A DNA stretch of 64,000 nt, taken from positions 1,608,403 to 1,672,402 of the forward strand of contig OZ257128.1 of assembly GCA_965278945.1 (NCBI GenBank), given 5' to 3'. The translations under genes and the position numbers were made by a program. Shown in pieces: positions 28,571 to 39,681 of this stretch (positions within the stretch are counted from its first letter, which is position 1; every line of letters starts with the position of its first letter). The notes under the pieces were generated by a model that saw only the letters and a program-made list of their open reading frames with translations, was not told where the DNA came from and ran no database searches. Source of the DNA: Actinomycetes bacterium. GTDB lineage: Bacteria > Actinomycetota > Actinomycetes > S36-B12.

Positions 28571-29366
28571 CGGCGGCCGTTGACTTCCATCGCTGCGGGC
28601 GCTGCGATGGGAAGGCGAGCGTGATCGCCACCGCACCGCCGAGCAGCACGACCGCCACGACTGCGTCGAGGATGAAGTGGTTGCCCGTGGCGATGACCAC
28701 CCAGGTAGTGGCGAGCGGGTAGACGAGCGCCAGCCACCTCCACCTGGTGCGTGCGACAACGATGATGATCAGGGCCACTGCTGCCGCCCACGCGACGTGG
28801 ACCGACGGCATGGCCGCGAACTGGTTCGCGCCGGGGACAGCGCCGTAGACGGACAGTCCGTGGATGGCCGCGGTGTCGACGATGCCGAGCTCGGGAATCA
28901 GCCGTGGCGGAGCGACGGGCTTGTACTGCAGGATCAGGCACGCGCCGGTGAGGATGACCACGGTGGTCCGCGCGAACGGCCAGTCCGGTCGCCGGAAGAA
29001 CAGCACCCATGCGAGCGTGATGAGGAACACCGATACGTGCATGACGATGTAGTAGATGTCGGCGGCCCTGCCGAGCCAGTCGATGTCGAGGACCGGCCCC
29101 TGGAACCACGACTCGGACGGCCAGTGAAGGAACGCCTGCACGTCGGCGATCCACAGACCCGCGTCATGAGCCGAGTCGAGCCCGCCGAGCGAGATCGTTC
29201 CGGCGTACTGCCACACGGCGTACAAGCCCACCAGGAGCGCCACTTGTCCGAGCAGCGATGACAATGACCTCGTCCGGGGACTGGCGCGCAAGGCGAGCAT
29301 GAGCACGACGAGCACCGCGGCGATGATGATTGCTGGTCGCCAGGGAAGCCAGCCGACGTCACCCAC
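28515..29366 (-). CDS. PAP2-like (PAP2_3) membrane phosphatase/transferase
   Basis: PVAPPRL, FAAMPSVHVAWA, VIATGNHFILD. Confidence 0.85.
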   Translation of the reverse strand: MGDVGWLPWRPAIIIAAVLVVLMLALRASPRTRSLSSLLGQVALLVGLYAVWQYAGTISLGGLDSAHDAGLWIADVQAFLHWPSESWFQGPVLDIDWLGRAADIYYIVMHVSVFLITLAWVLFFRRPDWPFARTTVVILTGACLILQYKPVAPPRLIPELGIVDTAAIHGLSVYGAVPGANQFAAMPSVHVAWAAAVALIIIVVARTRWRWLALVYPLATTWVVIATGNHFILDAVVAVVLLGGAVAITLAFPSQRPQRWKSTAAVTPSGVSSPDQSIAGRRP

Positions 29367-29390
29367 GATTGCTTCCCAACTGGTCCGGCA

Positions 29391-31328
29391 TTAGGCCTGG
29401 AGGTCTGCCGAACTCTCTACCTGAGCGGGCTGCCCGTCGGCACGGTGAGCGACCGCCTCGACGATCGAGCGCGAGATCTCCTGCGCGGTCAGTCCGCACT
29501 CGACGAGAACCTCGGAGCGCTTGCCCTGCTCGAGGAACCTCTCGGGGATGCCAATATTGCGGACCGGGACCTCGATCCCGTTGTCGCGCAGCTGCTGGCT
29601 CACCGATGCACCGACCCCGCTGGTGCGGATGCCGTCCTCGACGACGACAACAAGGCGAGCGCAAGAGGCGAGCGGCACGAGCGAGTCGGGAAGTGGCTTC
29701 ACCCAGACGGGATCGACGACGAGGACGCCGATGCCCTGCGCGCGAAGCCGCTCGGCAACGTCGATGCACAACTCGGCGAACGCGCCGATGCTGACGATGA
29801 GCACATCGGGAGTGCCGGATTCGGCGAGCACGTCGTAGCCCGGCTCGCGTCGCAGCGAAGGGACCTTGGGACCGAGGGCGCCTTTGGGGAAGCGCACGAC
29901 CGTCGGCGCATCATCGATGGCTACGGCCTCGCGCAGCGACGAACGCAAGGTGGCCTCGTCGCGCGGGGCCGCGATGCGAAGGCCTGGGACGACCTGCAAC
30001 ATCGCCATGTCCCACATGCCGTTATGGCTCGGGCCGTCGTCGCCGGTGACGCCGGCGCGGTCGAGCACGAACGTGACCCCAGCGTTGTGGAGGGCGCAGT
30101 CCATGAGCACCTGGTCGAAGGCGCGGTTGAGGAAGGTCGCGTAGAGCGCGATGACGGGGTGCAGTCCCCCGTACGCCATGCCCGCCGCCGAAGTGACCGC
30201 GTGCTGCTCGGCAATGCCGACGTCGTAGGTGCGATCGGGGAACACCTTCGCGAAGCGGTCCAGGCCAGTGGGCCCGAGCATCGCTGCGGTGATGGCGACA
30301 ACATCAGGACGCTCGTGGCCGATCGCGACCAGCTCGTCGGAGAACGCACCGGTCCACGTGGGTCCGCTGGCCTTGACCGGCAGCCCCGTCTCCGGGTCGA
30401 AGATCGGGACGCCGTGGAAGTGGTCGGCCTTGTCGAGCTCGGCGGGCCGGTAGCCGCGACCCTTCTGCGTGATCGCGTGCACGATGACGGGCCCGGGGAA
30501 CGCCTTCGCGCGGGAGAGGGCGAACTCCATCTCCTGCTCGTCGTGACCGTCGATCGGGCCGATGTACTTCAGTCCGAGATCCTCGAAGAGTCCCTGGGGG
30601 GCAACGATGTCCTTGACGCCTTTCTTGAACCCGTGCAGCGCGCCGTAGACCGGCTCCCCCACGACGGGCGTCTGGCGCAGGACGCGCTTGCCCCACTTCA
30701 TGAACTTCTCGTATCCGTGGGTGGTGCGCAGCGTCGCCAGGTGGTGCGCCATGCCGCCGATGGTCGGCGAGTAGGACCACGCGTTGTCGTTGACAACGAT
30801 GACCATCGGTCGGTCCGAGGTGGCGATGTTGTTCAGCGCCTCCCAGGCCATGCCACCGGTGAGCGCGCCGTCGCCGATGACGGCAACGACGTGCTGGCTG
30901 CCGAGGAGTCCGCGTCGCTCCCACGCCTTCGCGAGCCCGTCGGCATACGACAGCGCGGTCGACGCATGGCTGTTCTCGACGAGGTCGTGGGCGCTCTCGA
31001 CCCGGCTCGGGTAGCCGGACAGGCCACCCTTCTGCTTCAGGGTGTCGAAGTCGCCGGAGCGGCCGGTGAGGATCTTGTGGACGTAGGCCTGATGGCCGGT
31101 GTCCCACACGATCATGTCGTCGGGAGAGCGGAAGACACGGTGCAGCGCGATGGTCATCTCGACGACGCCGAGGTTCGGGCCGAGGTGGCCGCCGGTGGCG
31201 GAGACCTTCTCGACGAGGAACTCGCGGATCTCCGCGGCCAGGGCCGGGAGCTGCTCTGGAGACAGCGCGCGCACGTCGCGAGGATCACGGATGCCTTCGA
31301 TCAAGGTGGCTTCCTCTCGCTCCGGCAT
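29391..31328 (-). CDS. dxs: 1-deoxy-D-xylulose-5-phosphate synthase
   Basis: [43 protein letters not shown]. Confidence 0.97.
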   Translation of the reverse strand: MPEREEATLIEGIRDPRDVRALSPEQLPALAAEIREFLVEKVSATGGHLGPNLGVVEMTIALHRVFRSPDDMIVWDTGHQAYVHKILTGRSGDFDTLKQKGGLSGYPSRVESAHDLVENSHASTALSYADGLAKAWERRGLLGSQHVVAVIGDGALTGGMAWEALNNIATSDRPMVIVVNDNAWSYSPTIGGMAHHLATLRTTHGYEKFMKWGKRVLRQTPVVGEPVYGALHGFKKGVKDIVAPQGLFEDLGLKYIGPIDGHDEQEMEFALSRAKAFPGPVIVHAITQKGRGYRPAELDKADHFHGVPIFDPETGLPVKASGPTWTGAFSDELVAIGHERPDVVAITAAMLGPTGLDRFAKVFPDRTYDVGIAEQHAVTSAAGMAYGGLHPVIALYATFLNRAFDQVLMDCALHNAGVTFVLDRAGVTGDDGPSHNGMWDMAMLQVVPGLRIAAPRDEATLRSSLREAVAIDDAPTVVRFPKGALGPKVPSLRREPGYDVLAESGTPDVLIVSIGAFAELCIDVAERLRAQGIGVLVVDPVWVKPLPDSLVPLASCARLVVVVEDGIRTSGVGASVSQQLRDNGIEVPVRNIGIPERFLEQGKRSEVLVECGLTAQEISRSIVEAVAHRADGQPAQVESSADLQA

Positions 31329-31340
31329 GACCTCCTGAGT

Positions 31341-31730
31341 CTAGGCGATGGGACCGTTTTGCACCGGATGACGAGCCCGTCGCGCGGCGTCGACCAGGGC
31401 GCCCTCCACGAGGGCCACCTCCCGCTGGACGCTCAGGAGCCGGGCTCCCTCGGCCTCGAGTGCCGACTGCACCACGGCGATCTGGTCGGGGCCTAGGTAG
31501 GCGGTCATCTCGACACGCGCTGAGGCGTAGGCCGCCCGCATTCCGTCTAGCTCGGCAGCGACGACATGGGCGACCACGCGCACGAGCGCGATCGGCAGGT
31601 GCCGCACCGGCGAGGACCGCAGGTCGGCGGGCGCGCGATCCAGCAGCCAGCCTGTCACCTTGTCGTCGAACTCCTCGGTGCCCGCTGGCGGCAGGTCACG
31701 CGGCCACCCCGGCTGGTCCGCCCGCGCCAT
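31341..31730 (-). CDS. Conserved actinobacterial hypothetical protein
   Basis: PGWP..LPP, WLLD.AP, EGARL...REVALVE pattern; sits 8 bp downstream of acnA. Confidence 0.7.
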   Translation of the reverse strand: MARADQPGWPRDLPPAGTEEFDDKVTGWLLDRAPADLRSSPVRHLPIALVRVVAHVVAAELDGMRAAYASARVEMTAYLGPDQIAVVQSALEAEGARLLSVQREVALVEGALVDAARRARHPVQNGPIA

Positions 31731-31738
31731 GCGTCCGC

Positions 31739-34396
31739 CTAGAGAAGCGAGCGGAGGACGAACTGGAGGATGCCGCCATGACGGTAGTAGTCGGCCTCGC
31801 CGGGAGTGTCGATGCGCACGAGTGCGGTGAACGCCACGGTGCGGCCGTCGAGCGCGGTTGCCTCGACCTCGACCTCGCGCGGCGTGACGCCATCGTTGAG
31901 CGCGGTGATGCCCCGGATCGTGAACTCCTCATCGCCCTGCAGGCCGAGCGAGGCCGCGTTGACGCCCTCGTGGAACTGCAGCGGGAGGACGCCCATGCCG
32001 ATGAGGTTCGAGCGGTGAATGCGCTCGTACGACTCGGCGATGACGACTCGGACGCCGAGCAGCGCGGTGCCCTTGGCGGCCCAGTCGCGGCTCGAGCCCG
32101 ACCCGTACTCCTTGCCGGCGAGGATCACCAGCGGGATGCCGTGGCTGGCGTAGGCCGACGCGGCATCGTAGATCGGGACCGTCTCCGTGTTCGGGTTGGT
32201 GAAGTCAACCGTGAACGGACCCTCGACGTCGTCGAGCATGAGGTTGCGCAGGCGGATGTTCGCGAACGTGCCGCGGATCATGACCTCGTGGTTGCCGCGA
32301 CGCGAGCCGTAGGAGTTGAAGTCCTTGCGGTCCACGCCGTGCTCGGTGAGGTACTGACCGGCCGGGCTGTCGGGCTTGATCGAGCCGGCCGGGGAGATGT
32401 GGTCGGTGGTGACGGAGTCGCCGAGCTTCAGCAGCACGCGGGCACCGAGGATGTCGGTGACCGGTGACGGCTGCGCCGACATGCCGTCGAAGTAGGGAGG
32501 CTTGCGAACGTAGGTGCTGTTCGCGTCCCACTCGAAGATGTCGCCGACGGGGGTCGGCAGCGACTGCCAGCGCTCGTCACCGGCGAACACGTCGGCGTAG
32601 CGGCGCGTGAACATCTCGGCGTCGATCGACGAGTCCATGACGGCCTGCACCTCGCGGGCGCTCGGCCAGATGTCGGCGAGGTAGACGGGGTTGCCGTCGG
32701 AGTCCATGCCGAGGGGGTCGCGGTCGATGTCGAGATCCATCGTGCCGGCGATCGCGTACGCGACCACGAGCGGCGGCGAGGCGAGGTAGTTCATCTTGAT
32801 GTCGGGGTTGATGCGTCCCTCGAAGTTGCGGTTGCCGGACAGCACAGACACGACCGCGAGGTCATGCTCGTTGACCGCTGCGGAGACCTCGGGGATGAGC
32901 GGGCCGGAGTTGCCGATGCACGTGGTGCAGCCGTAGCCGACGATGTCGAAGCCCAGCTTCTCCAGGTAGGGCAGCAGTCCCGAGCGCTCGTAGTAGTCGG
33001 TGACCACCTTCGAGCCTGGGGCCAGGGTGGTCTTGACCCACGGCTTGCGGGTCAGGCCGCGCTCGACGGCCTTCTTCGCCAGCAGGCCGGCTCCGAGCAT
33101 GACCGACGGGTTGGACGTGTTGGTGCATGACGTGATGGCCGCGATAACGACGGCGCCGTGGCCGATTGCGGCCTCCTCGCCGTCGATCACGATCGGGGCG
33201 ATCGTCGCGGGCGTCTTCGTGTAGGCATCGAGGGCGGTGAGGAACGAGGACTTGGCCTCCGAGAGCAGCACGCGATCCTGCGGGCGCTTCGGGCCCGCGA
33301 TCGACGGCACGATGGTCGACAGGTCCAGCTGCATGTACTCCGAGTAGACGGGCTCGCTCGCAGCGTCATGCCACAGGCCCTGCTCCTTGGCGTACGCCTC
33401 GACCAGCGCGATCTGCTGCTCGCTGCGGCCGGTCAGGCGCAGGTAGTCGGTGGTGGCGTCGTCGATGGGGAAGATGGCAACAGTGCTGCCGTACTCCGGG
33501 CTCATGTTGCCGATCGTCGCCCGGTTGGCGAGCGGCACGGCGGAGACGCCGTCTCCGTAGAACTCGACGAACTTGCCGACGACGCCGTGCTTGCGCAGCA
33601 TCTCGGTGATCGTCAGGACGAGGTCGGTCGCGGTGGCACCCTGCGGGAGCTCGCCGGTGAGCTTGAAGCCGACGACGCGCGGGATAAGCATCGACACGGG
33701 CTGGCCGAGCATCGCGGCCTCGGCCTCGATGCCGCCCACGCCCCAGCCGAGCACGCCCAGGCCGTTGACCATCGTGGTGTGCGAGTCGGTGCCGACGACG
33801 GTGTCCGGGTAGGCCTGCCCGCGGCGGGCCATGATGACGCGGGCGAGGTTCTCGATGTTGACCTGATGCACGATGCCGGTGCCCGGGGGCACGACCTTGA
33901 ACTCGTCGAACGCGTCCTGGCCCCAGCGCAGGAACTGGTAGCGCTCGAAGTTGCGCTCGTACTCAAGGTCGACGTTGCGCTGCTCGGCATCGGGCATGTT
34001 AAAGAAGTCGGCGATGACCGAGTGGTCGATGACCAGCTCGGCAGGAGCGAGCGGCTCGATCTTGGACGGGTCTCCCCCGAGCTCGGTCACGGCCTCGCGC
34101 ATGGTGGCGAGGTCGACGACGACCGGGACGCCGGTGAAGTCCTGCATGACCACGCGGGCCGGGGTGAACTGGATCTCGTCGGTCGGCTCGGCGGACGGGT
34201 CCCAGGCGCCGATCGCCGCGATGGTCTCGTGCGTGACGTTGGCACCGTCCTCGGTGCGCAGCAGGTTCTCCAGGAGCACCTTGTGGGTGAACGGAAGCCG
34301 CGAGGAGCCCTCGACGGCGGAGATGCGGAAGATCTCGTAGGACTCGGCGCCCACCTCGAGGGTGCCGCGCGATCCGAAGGTGTCCTTGCTGGCCAC
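31739..34396 (-). CDS. acnA: Aconitate hydratase A
   Basis: [44 protein letters not shown]. Confidence 0.97.
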   Translation of the reverse strand: MASKDTFGSRGTLEVGAESYEIFRISAVEGSSRLPFTHKVLLENLLRTEDGANVTHETIAAIGAWDPSAEPTDEIQFTPARVVMQDFTGVPVVVDLATMREAVTELGGDPSKIEPLAPAELVIDHSVIADFFNMPDAEQRNVDLEYERNFERYQFLRWGQDAFDEFKVVPPGTGIVHQVNIENLARVIMARRGQAYPDTVVGTDSHTTMVNGLGVLGWGVGGIEAEAAMLGQPVSMLIPRVVGFKLTGELPQGATATDLVLTITEMLRKHGVVGKFVEFYGDGVSAVPLANRATIGNMSPEYGSTVAIFPIDDATTDYLRLTGRSEQQIALVEAYAKEQGLWHDAASEPVYSEYMQLDLSTIVPSIAGPKRPQDRVLLSEAKSSFLTALDAYTKTPATIAPIVIDGEEAAIGHGAVVIAAITSCTNTSNPSVMLGAGLLAKKAVERGLTRKPWVKTTLAPGSKVVTDYYERSGLLPYLEKLGFDIVGYGCTTCIGNSGPLIPEVSAAVNEHDLAVVSVLSGNRNFEGRINPDIKMNYLASPPLVVAYAIAGTMDLDIDRDPLGMDSDGNPVYLADIWPSAREVQAVMDSSIDAEMFTRRYADVFAGDERWQSLPTPVGDIFEWDANSTYVRKPPYFDGMSAQPSPVTDILGARVLLKLGDSVTTDHISPAGSIKPDSPAGQYLTEHGVDRKDFNSYGSRRGNHEVMIRGTFANIRLRNLMLDDVEGPFTVDFTNPNTETVPIYDAASAYASHGIPLVILAGKEYGSGSSRDWAAKGTALLGVRVVIAESYERIHRSNLIGMGVLPLQFHEGVNAASLGLQGDEEFTIRGITALNDGVTPREVEVEATALDGRTVAFTALVRIDTPGEADYYRHGGILQFVLRSLL

Positions 34397-34424
34397 GGGC
34401 GTTCTCCTCAGGTCGTTCCCAAAG

Positions 34425-34442
34425 TATCTTGACGTCAAGATA
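34425..34442. promoter_or_regulatory. Perfect 18-bp palindrome upstream of acnA (candidate operator)
   Basis: TATCTTGACGTCAAGATA, ending 29 bp upstream of the acnA GTG. Confidence 0.7.
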
Positions 34443-34485
34443 TCTCATTACCGGCCAGGTTTCGACCGGACCCCTCGATCGTTAT

Positions 34486-35667
34486 CTAGCTGAGTCTCAC
34501 CAGCCGGGCGACGGTCTCGAAGTGGTGTGTCATGGGGAACGCGTCAAAGGCGCGGACCTCGTCCAGACGGTAGCCGCGCTCGGCGAACAACGCCACGTCC
34601 CGTCCCAGGGCGACCGGGTCGCAGGCGACATAGACAACAACCGGGGGCGCGTGATCGGCAATGGCGTTGACGACGTCCGCGCCCGCCCCGGCCCTCGGCG
34701 GATCGAGGACGACGCCGTCCGGCGACTGCCCCACCGGCTTGTTGCGCAGCCAGCGAATGACGTCCTGCGTGTGCAGCCTGACTTGCGGCAGGTCGTACAG
34801 CGCACGCCGCCCCTCGCGGATCGACTCGTGCGAGAGCTCGACCGCGTCGATCCGCCCGGCCTCGCCCACGCGCTCGGCGAGTGCTGCCGATAGCAGTCCG
34901 GCTCCGCAGTAGAGGTCCCACCAGGTCTGGCCCGCCTGCGGCCTGCCCTGCGCGAGCACCTCGGCCTGCAAGGCACCGGCGAGCGCGGGATGCACCTGCC
35001 AGAAGCTGGCTGCGGAAGTCCGCCACTCGCGTCCGTTCACCTGCTGCCGCACGCGGTCGTGGCCGCGCCCGACCTGGCCGTCGGATCCGAGCGCGACGGC
35101 GACCTCGTCGGCATCGCCCGGCGCCGGCTCGATGTCCTTCACGTCGAGTCCCGGTGCGGCGAGGAGGCACGAGTCGACGGGCACGACGCGATGCCGTCTG
35201 TGGGCGCGAAGGCCCATGTCGCCGCTGCGGGTGACGCCCCACCGCATGCGCGTGCGCCAGTGGAGCCCGTCCGGCGCACCGGGCAGCTCCTCGACCGTGA
35301 CGCGGTCCGCGAAATCGTTGACCTTGCCGAAGCGGGTGAGGGCGTCGACGAGAACGGTGGTCTTGAGCGCGCGCTGCGTCGTCAGGCCGACGTGCTGGAA
35401 GTCGCACCCCCCGCAGGCATCGGGCCGGGCCCACGGGCACGGCGCGGTAACTCGGTCCGGCGATGCAGTGATGACTTCGACAGCATCCGCGCGGACGATG
35501 CGCTTGTTGACCTCGGTGACCCGAACGCGCACGGACTCCCCCGGCAGGGCGTGGCGGACGAACAGGGTGCGGCCATCGGAGTGCGCGATGACGTGGCCGC
35601 CATGCGCGATCGACCCGGTCTCGACGATCCGCTCGTCGCCTACGCCGAGTGCGGGCGCGTCGGTCAT
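34486..35667 (-). CDS. TRAM-domain RNA (uracil-5) methyltransferase (RlmD/TrmA family)
   Basis: TRAM N-terminus, CGGCDFQH, FWQVH, DLYCGAGL, LDPPRAG, YVACDP, FDAFPMTHHFE. Confidence 0.9.
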   Translation of the reverse strand: MTDAPALGVGDERIVETGSIAHGGHVIAHSDGRTLFVRHALPGESVRVRVTEVNKRIVRADAVEVITASPDRVTAPCPWARPDACGGCDFQHVGLTTQRALKTTVLVDALTRFGKVNDFADRVTVEELPGAPDGLHWRTRMRWGVTRSGDMGLRAHRRHRVVPVDSCLLAAPGLDVKDIEPAPGDADEVAVALGSDGQVGRGHDRVRQQVNGREWRTSAASFWQVHPALAGALQAEVLAQGRPQAGQTWWDLYCGAGLLSAALAERVGEAGRIDAVELSHESIREGRRALYDLPQVRLHTQDVIRWLRNKPVGQSPDGVVLDPPRAGAGADVVNAIADHAPPVVVYVACDPVALGRDVALFAERGYRLDEVRAFDAFPMTHHFETVARLVRLS

Positions 35668-35670
35668 GCG

Positions 35671-37608
35671 TCAGTCCTCGCGGTCGGCGGCGAGCTCGCT
35701 CGACTTCAACTGCCACGGCACGCTCGTGACCATGACACCCGGCGTGAACAGCAGTCGGCTCTTCAGGCGCAGCGCCGACTGGTTGTGGAGCAGGTGCTCC
35801 CACCAGCGCCCGACGACGTACTCAGGGATGTAGACCGTGATGAGGTCATTCGGGTTGTCCGACTTCAGCGTGCGAACGTAGTCGAGGATCGGCCTGGTGA
35901 TCTCGCGATATGGCGAGGCGAGCACCTTCAGAGTCACGGGGATGTCGCGACGCTCCCACTCGGACTGCAGGCGCGCGGTGTCCTCGCTGTCGACGTCGAC
36001 GGTGATCGCCTCGAGCACAGTGGGGCGCGTCGCACGCGCGTACATGAGCGCGCGCATCGTCGGCTTGTGGAGCTTCGACACGAGCACCAGCACGTGCACG
36101 CGCGTCGGTAGTGTCATCATCTCGCGGTCGACGGCCATGATCTCCGTGCTCACGCGCTCGTAGTGTTTATGAATGCCACGCATCAGCAGGAAGATCAGCG
36201 GCATGGCGATCACGACGATCCATGCGCCCTTGGTGAACTTGGTGACGAGAACGATGATGAGAACCGACGTGGTCATGACCAGGCCGAAGGCGTTGATGAC
36301 GCGCGATCGCATCATGCGGCGACGCTCGCCGGGTTCGGTCTCCGAGCGAAGGTGCCGAGTCCAGTGCTTGACCATGCCGAGCTGGCTCAGGCTGAACGAC
36401 ACGAAGACGCCGAGGATGTAGAGGTTGATCAGGCCGCTGACCGAGGCCTGGTAGGCGATGACGAGGATGATCGCCATCGCCGCGAGGCTGAGGATGCCGT
36501 TGCTGAACGCCAGGCGGTCACCGCGGGTGTGCAGCTGACGCGGCAGGTAGCCGTCCTTCGCGAGCACAGAGCCGAGCACCGGGAATCCGTTGAACGCGGT
36601 GTTGGCGGCCAGCGCCAGGATCACCGCGGTGGCAAGGGCGATCACGAGCACCGCCCACGGCATGCCGCTGAAGACCGCGTCGGCGATCTGCACGATGACC
36701 GTTTTCTGCGACTGTCCTGGCGGAAGCCCGATGAGCTCGTCGTTGTGGAGCGTCACGTGCACGTTCGTCTTCAGTGCCAGCCACGTGATGCCGGCGAACA
36801 TGGACATCGAGATGACGCCGAGCAGAAGCAAGGTGGTTGCCGCGTTCTTCGACTTCGGCTTCTTAAAAGCAGGGACGCCGTTGGAGATGGCCTCGATGCC
36901 CGTCAGGGCCGTCGTGCCGCTGGAGAAGGCGCGCGCGACGAGGAAGATGAGCGCGAGCCCAGTGAATGACTGCTCGGCGACGATCTGCCAGGTCGCGCTC
37001 TCCGCCTGGATGTCCTCGCCCATCGCGAGCTGGATGGCCGCCGAGCCGATCATGATGAAGATCGACGCGATGAAGAAGTAGACCGGAATCGCGAAGAATG
37101 CTCCCGACTCCTTGACCCCTCGCAGGTTGAGCAGGGAGATGACGACGATCAGGCCGACCGCGAACCAGACGCTGTGGTGCTCGACGAAGGGAATAGTCGA
37201 CCCGAGGTTCTCCACGGCGGCGGAGATCGACACCGCGACGGTCAGGACGTAGTCAATGAGCAGCGCGCTCGCGACGAAGACACCCCAGTTGGGACCGAGG
37301 TTCTTCGAGACGACCTCGTAGTCGCCGCCACCGCTGGGGTACGCGTGCACGTTCTGCCGGTACGACGCGACGACCGTGAAGTAGATGATGACGACGCCGA
37401 GCGCGATCCACGGCCCGTAGATGTACAGCGAGGACCCGCCGAGCGCCAGGGTGATGAGGATCTCCTGGGTCGCGTACGCGTTCGATGACAGCGCGTCGCT
37501 CGCGAACACCGGCAAGGCGATTCGCTTGGGAAGCAGAGTGTCGCCGAGTCGCTCGCTGCGCAGCGCTCGTCCAAGGAATACGCGCTTGACCACATCCGAC
37601 ATCGACAC
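35671..37608 (-). CDS. APC-family permease, KimA-like K+ transporter
   Basis: FASDALSSNAYATQE, YPSGGGDY, TGIEAISNGVP, cytoplasmic C-domain (WWEHLLHNQSA). Confidence 0.85.
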   Translation of the reverse strand: MSMSDVVKRVFLGRALRSERLGDTLLPKRIALPVFASDALSSNAYATQEILITLALGGSSLYIYGPWIALGVVIIYFTVVASYRQNVHAYPSGGGDYEVVSKNLGPNWGVFVASALLIDYVLTVAVSISAAVENLGSTIPFVEHHSVWFAVGLIVVISLLNLRGVKESGAFFAIPVYFFIASIFIMIGSAAIQLAMGEDIQAESATWQIVAEQSFTGLALIFLVARAFSSGTTALTGIEAISNGVPAFKKPKSKNAATTLLLLGVISMSMFAGITWLALKTNVHVTLHNDELIGLPPGQSQKTVIVQIADAVFSGMPWAVLVIALATAVILALAANTAFNGFPVLGSVLAKDGYLPRQLHTRGDRLAFSNGILSLAAMAIILVIAYQASVSGLINLYILGVFVSFSLSQLGMVKHWTRHLRSETEPGERRRMMRSRVINAFGLVMTTSVLIIVLVTKFTKGAWIVVIAMPLIFLLMRGIHKHYERVSTEIMAVDREMMTLPTRVHVLVLVSKLHKPTMRALMYARATRPTVLEAITVDVDSEDTARLQSEWERRDIPVTLKVLASPYREITRPILDYVRTLKSDNPNDLITVYIPEYVVGRWWEHLLHNQSALRLKSRLLFTPGVMVTSVPWQLKSSELAADRED

Positions 37609-37646
37609 GCCGCGAGCCTAATGCCCGGTGCGTGTAGCGTTCGACC

Positions 37647-38309
37647 GTGCACATCGTGATCCTTGGCTGCGGCCGCGTCGGGTCACTGCTGGCGCACCGC
37701 CTCGACGAGATGGGCCATTCGGTGGCCATCGTCGACCAGGAGCCGGACGCATTCCGCAAGCTCGGCCCGGAGTTCAAGGGCCAGACCGTCAAGGGCGTCG
37801 GCTTCGACCGGGAAACCCTGGAATCCGCCGGAATCGAGCGCGCGCACGCCTTCGCCGCCGTGAGCAGCGGCGATAACAGCAATATCCTCGCCGCGCGCGT
37901 GGCCCGCGAGACCTACGGCGTCGAGCAGGTCGTCGCCCGCATCTACGACCCTCGCCGCGCCGAGGTCTACCAGCGCCTGGGCATCCCCACCGTCGCCACG
38001 GTCTCGTGGACGGCCGAGCAGATCATGCGCCGGCTCATTCCTCTCGGCGCGCAGTCGGAATACCAGGATCCCAGCGGTTCGGTGATGCTTGCCGAGGTGC
38101 ATGTCGGCGAGAAGTGGATCGGCAAGAGCGCAAGGGAGCTGGAGGCTACGTCCGGCGCCCGGCTGGCCTTCATCACGCGATACGGCACCGCGTTCGTCCC
38201 AACCGACGAATCCGTCATCCAGGACGGCGACATCGTGCACGCGATCTTCGAGAAGGACACGCGCGAGCGCATCGAGCTCGCCTTCGAGAGCGGGCCGGTG
38301 GCCAGCTGA
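37647..38309 (+). CDS. trkA: TrkA-family RCK protein (CeoB-like)
   Basis: ILGCGRVGS, SSGDNSNI, ARIYDPRRAEVY. Confidence 0.9.
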   Translation: MHIVILGCGRVGSLLAHRLDEMGHSVAIVDQEPDAFRKLGPEFKGQTVKGVGFDRETLESAGIERAHAFAAVSSGDNSNILAARVARETYGVEQVVARIYDPRRAEVYQRLGIPTVATVSWTAEQIMRRLIPLGAQSEYQDPSGSVMLAEVHVGEKWIGKSARELEATSGARLAFITRYGTAFVPTDESVIQDGDIVHAIFEKDTRERIELAFESGPVAS

Positions 38310-38968
38310 TGCGCGTCGCCATAGCGGGAGCCGGCAAGGTCGGGCGAGCCATCGCGCGCGAGCTCGTCGGCAACGGTCACCAGGTTCTCCTCATCGATCG
38401 CGACGCGCAGCTCGCGCGCCCCGGAATCGTCGAGGGCGCCGACACCCTGCTCGCCGATGCGTGCGAGATCTCCGCATTGGACGAGGCGATGCTGTCGCAG
38501 TGCCAGGTCGTGGTCGCGGCGACGGGCGACGACAAGGTCAACCTGGTCGTGTCCCTCCTCGCCAAGACCGAGTACGGGGTTCCCCGGGTCGTCGCGCGCG
38601 TGAACCATCCCAAGAACGAGTGGATGTTCGACGAGTCCTGGGGCGTCGACGTCGCCGTGTCCACTCCGCGCATGCTCTCCGCGCTCGTCGAGGAAGCCGT
38701 CAGTGTCGGTGATCTCGTGCGACTGTTCACCTTCCGCCAGGGCGACGCGAACCTCGTCGAGATCACGCTGTCGACCGACTCCCCCGTTGTCGGCGCGCGC
38801 GTCGGCGACCAGAACTGGCCGACCGACACCGCACTCGTCGCGATCGTCAGAGGTCCGCGTGTGTTCGCTCCGTCGGCCGATGATCCTCTAGATGCGGGCG
38901 ACGAACTGCTGTTCGTCGCGTCACCTGATCAAGAGGGCGAGCTGCAGCGCCTGCTCGGTCACGCCTGA
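38309..38968 (+). CDS. trkA: TrkA-family RCK protein (CeoC-like)
   Basis: IAGAGKVG, ATGDDKVNL, ARVNHPKNEWMF, TrkA_C domain. Confidence 0.9.
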   Translation: MRVAIAGAGKVGRAIARELVGNGHQVLLIDRDAQLARPGIVEGADTLLADACEISALDEAMLSQCQVVVAATGDDKVNLVVSLLAKTEYGVPRVVARVNHPKNEWMFDESWGVDVAVSTPRMLSALVEEAVSVGDLVRLFTFRQGDANLVEITLSTDSPVVGARVGDQNWPTDTALVAIVRGPRVFAPSADDPLDAGDELLFVASPDQEGELQRLLGHA

Positions 38969-39681
38969 TCCGGCGTCGGCTCCGCACTCTTCTCGTCCTC
39001 GGCCGCGACCGGCTTCGCCCCGCGCTTGGCAACCCATACGGGCCGCAGTAACCGGTACGTGAAGTAGGCGGCCGCAACGTAGAGCGGAATGCCCATGACG
39101 ATCTTCATGACGCCGAGAGCGGCGATAGCGCCCGCGAAGTAGAGCGGCACCTGCACCGCAAGGCGACCGAAGAACAAGCCGACCCAGATCCACGACGCCG
39201 CGCCGTACACCCGACGAAGCGGCGGGTCCTGGCGCCAGCGTGTGCCCTCGCCGGTGAGGAAGCCCATCGCGACGCCGATGAGCGGCCACCGCACGATGAT
39301 GCTGATGAGGAACGCGAGCCCGTAACCGAGGTTCTGCAGGAAGCCGGGCAGGAAGTAGTTCTCCGCCTTGCCGGTGCGCCAGGCGAAGAACGCGGAGATC
39401 GCGACGCCGACGAACCCGTAGAACACCTGCCGCATCGGCTCGTGCCTGATCGCCCGCCAGACGACGATGATCAGTCCCGCGACGAGAGCGGCGATGACGG
39501 CTGCCTGCAGGTTGTTCGGCGGGATCACGTAGGCGATGACGAAGACAACGGTCGGAACTGCGGAGTCGATCATCCCGCGGATGCCGCCGATGGCGCGTTC
39601 GAGGAGCAGGACCTCGGCCCGGATCTCCGCGGGCGTCTCGAGTTCGGAAGCCGGCTTGTCGCTCGTGTCCTCCGCCGTCAT
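38959..39681 (-). CDS. DUF3159 membrane protein
   Basis: GGIRGMIDSAVPTVVF, TGKAENYFLPG, VRWPLIG. Confidence 0.88.
   Translation of the reverse strand: MTAEDTSDKPASELETPAEIRAEVLLLERAIGGIRGMIDSAVPTVVFVIAYVIPPNNLQAAVIAALVAGLIIVVWRAIRHEPMRQVFYGFVGVAISAFFAWRTGKAENYFLPGFLQNLGYGLAFLISIIVRWPLIGVAMGFLTGEGTRWRQDPPLRRVYGAASWIWVGLFFGRLAVQVPLYFAGAIAALGVMKIVMGIPLYVAAAYFTYRLLRPVWVAKRGAKPVAAEDEKSAEPTPDQA

Noticed and set aside
37609-37646. ydaO/c-di-AMP riboswitch upstream of the kimA-like gene
   Set aside because: The intergenic region is only 38 bp and has no riboswitch motifs
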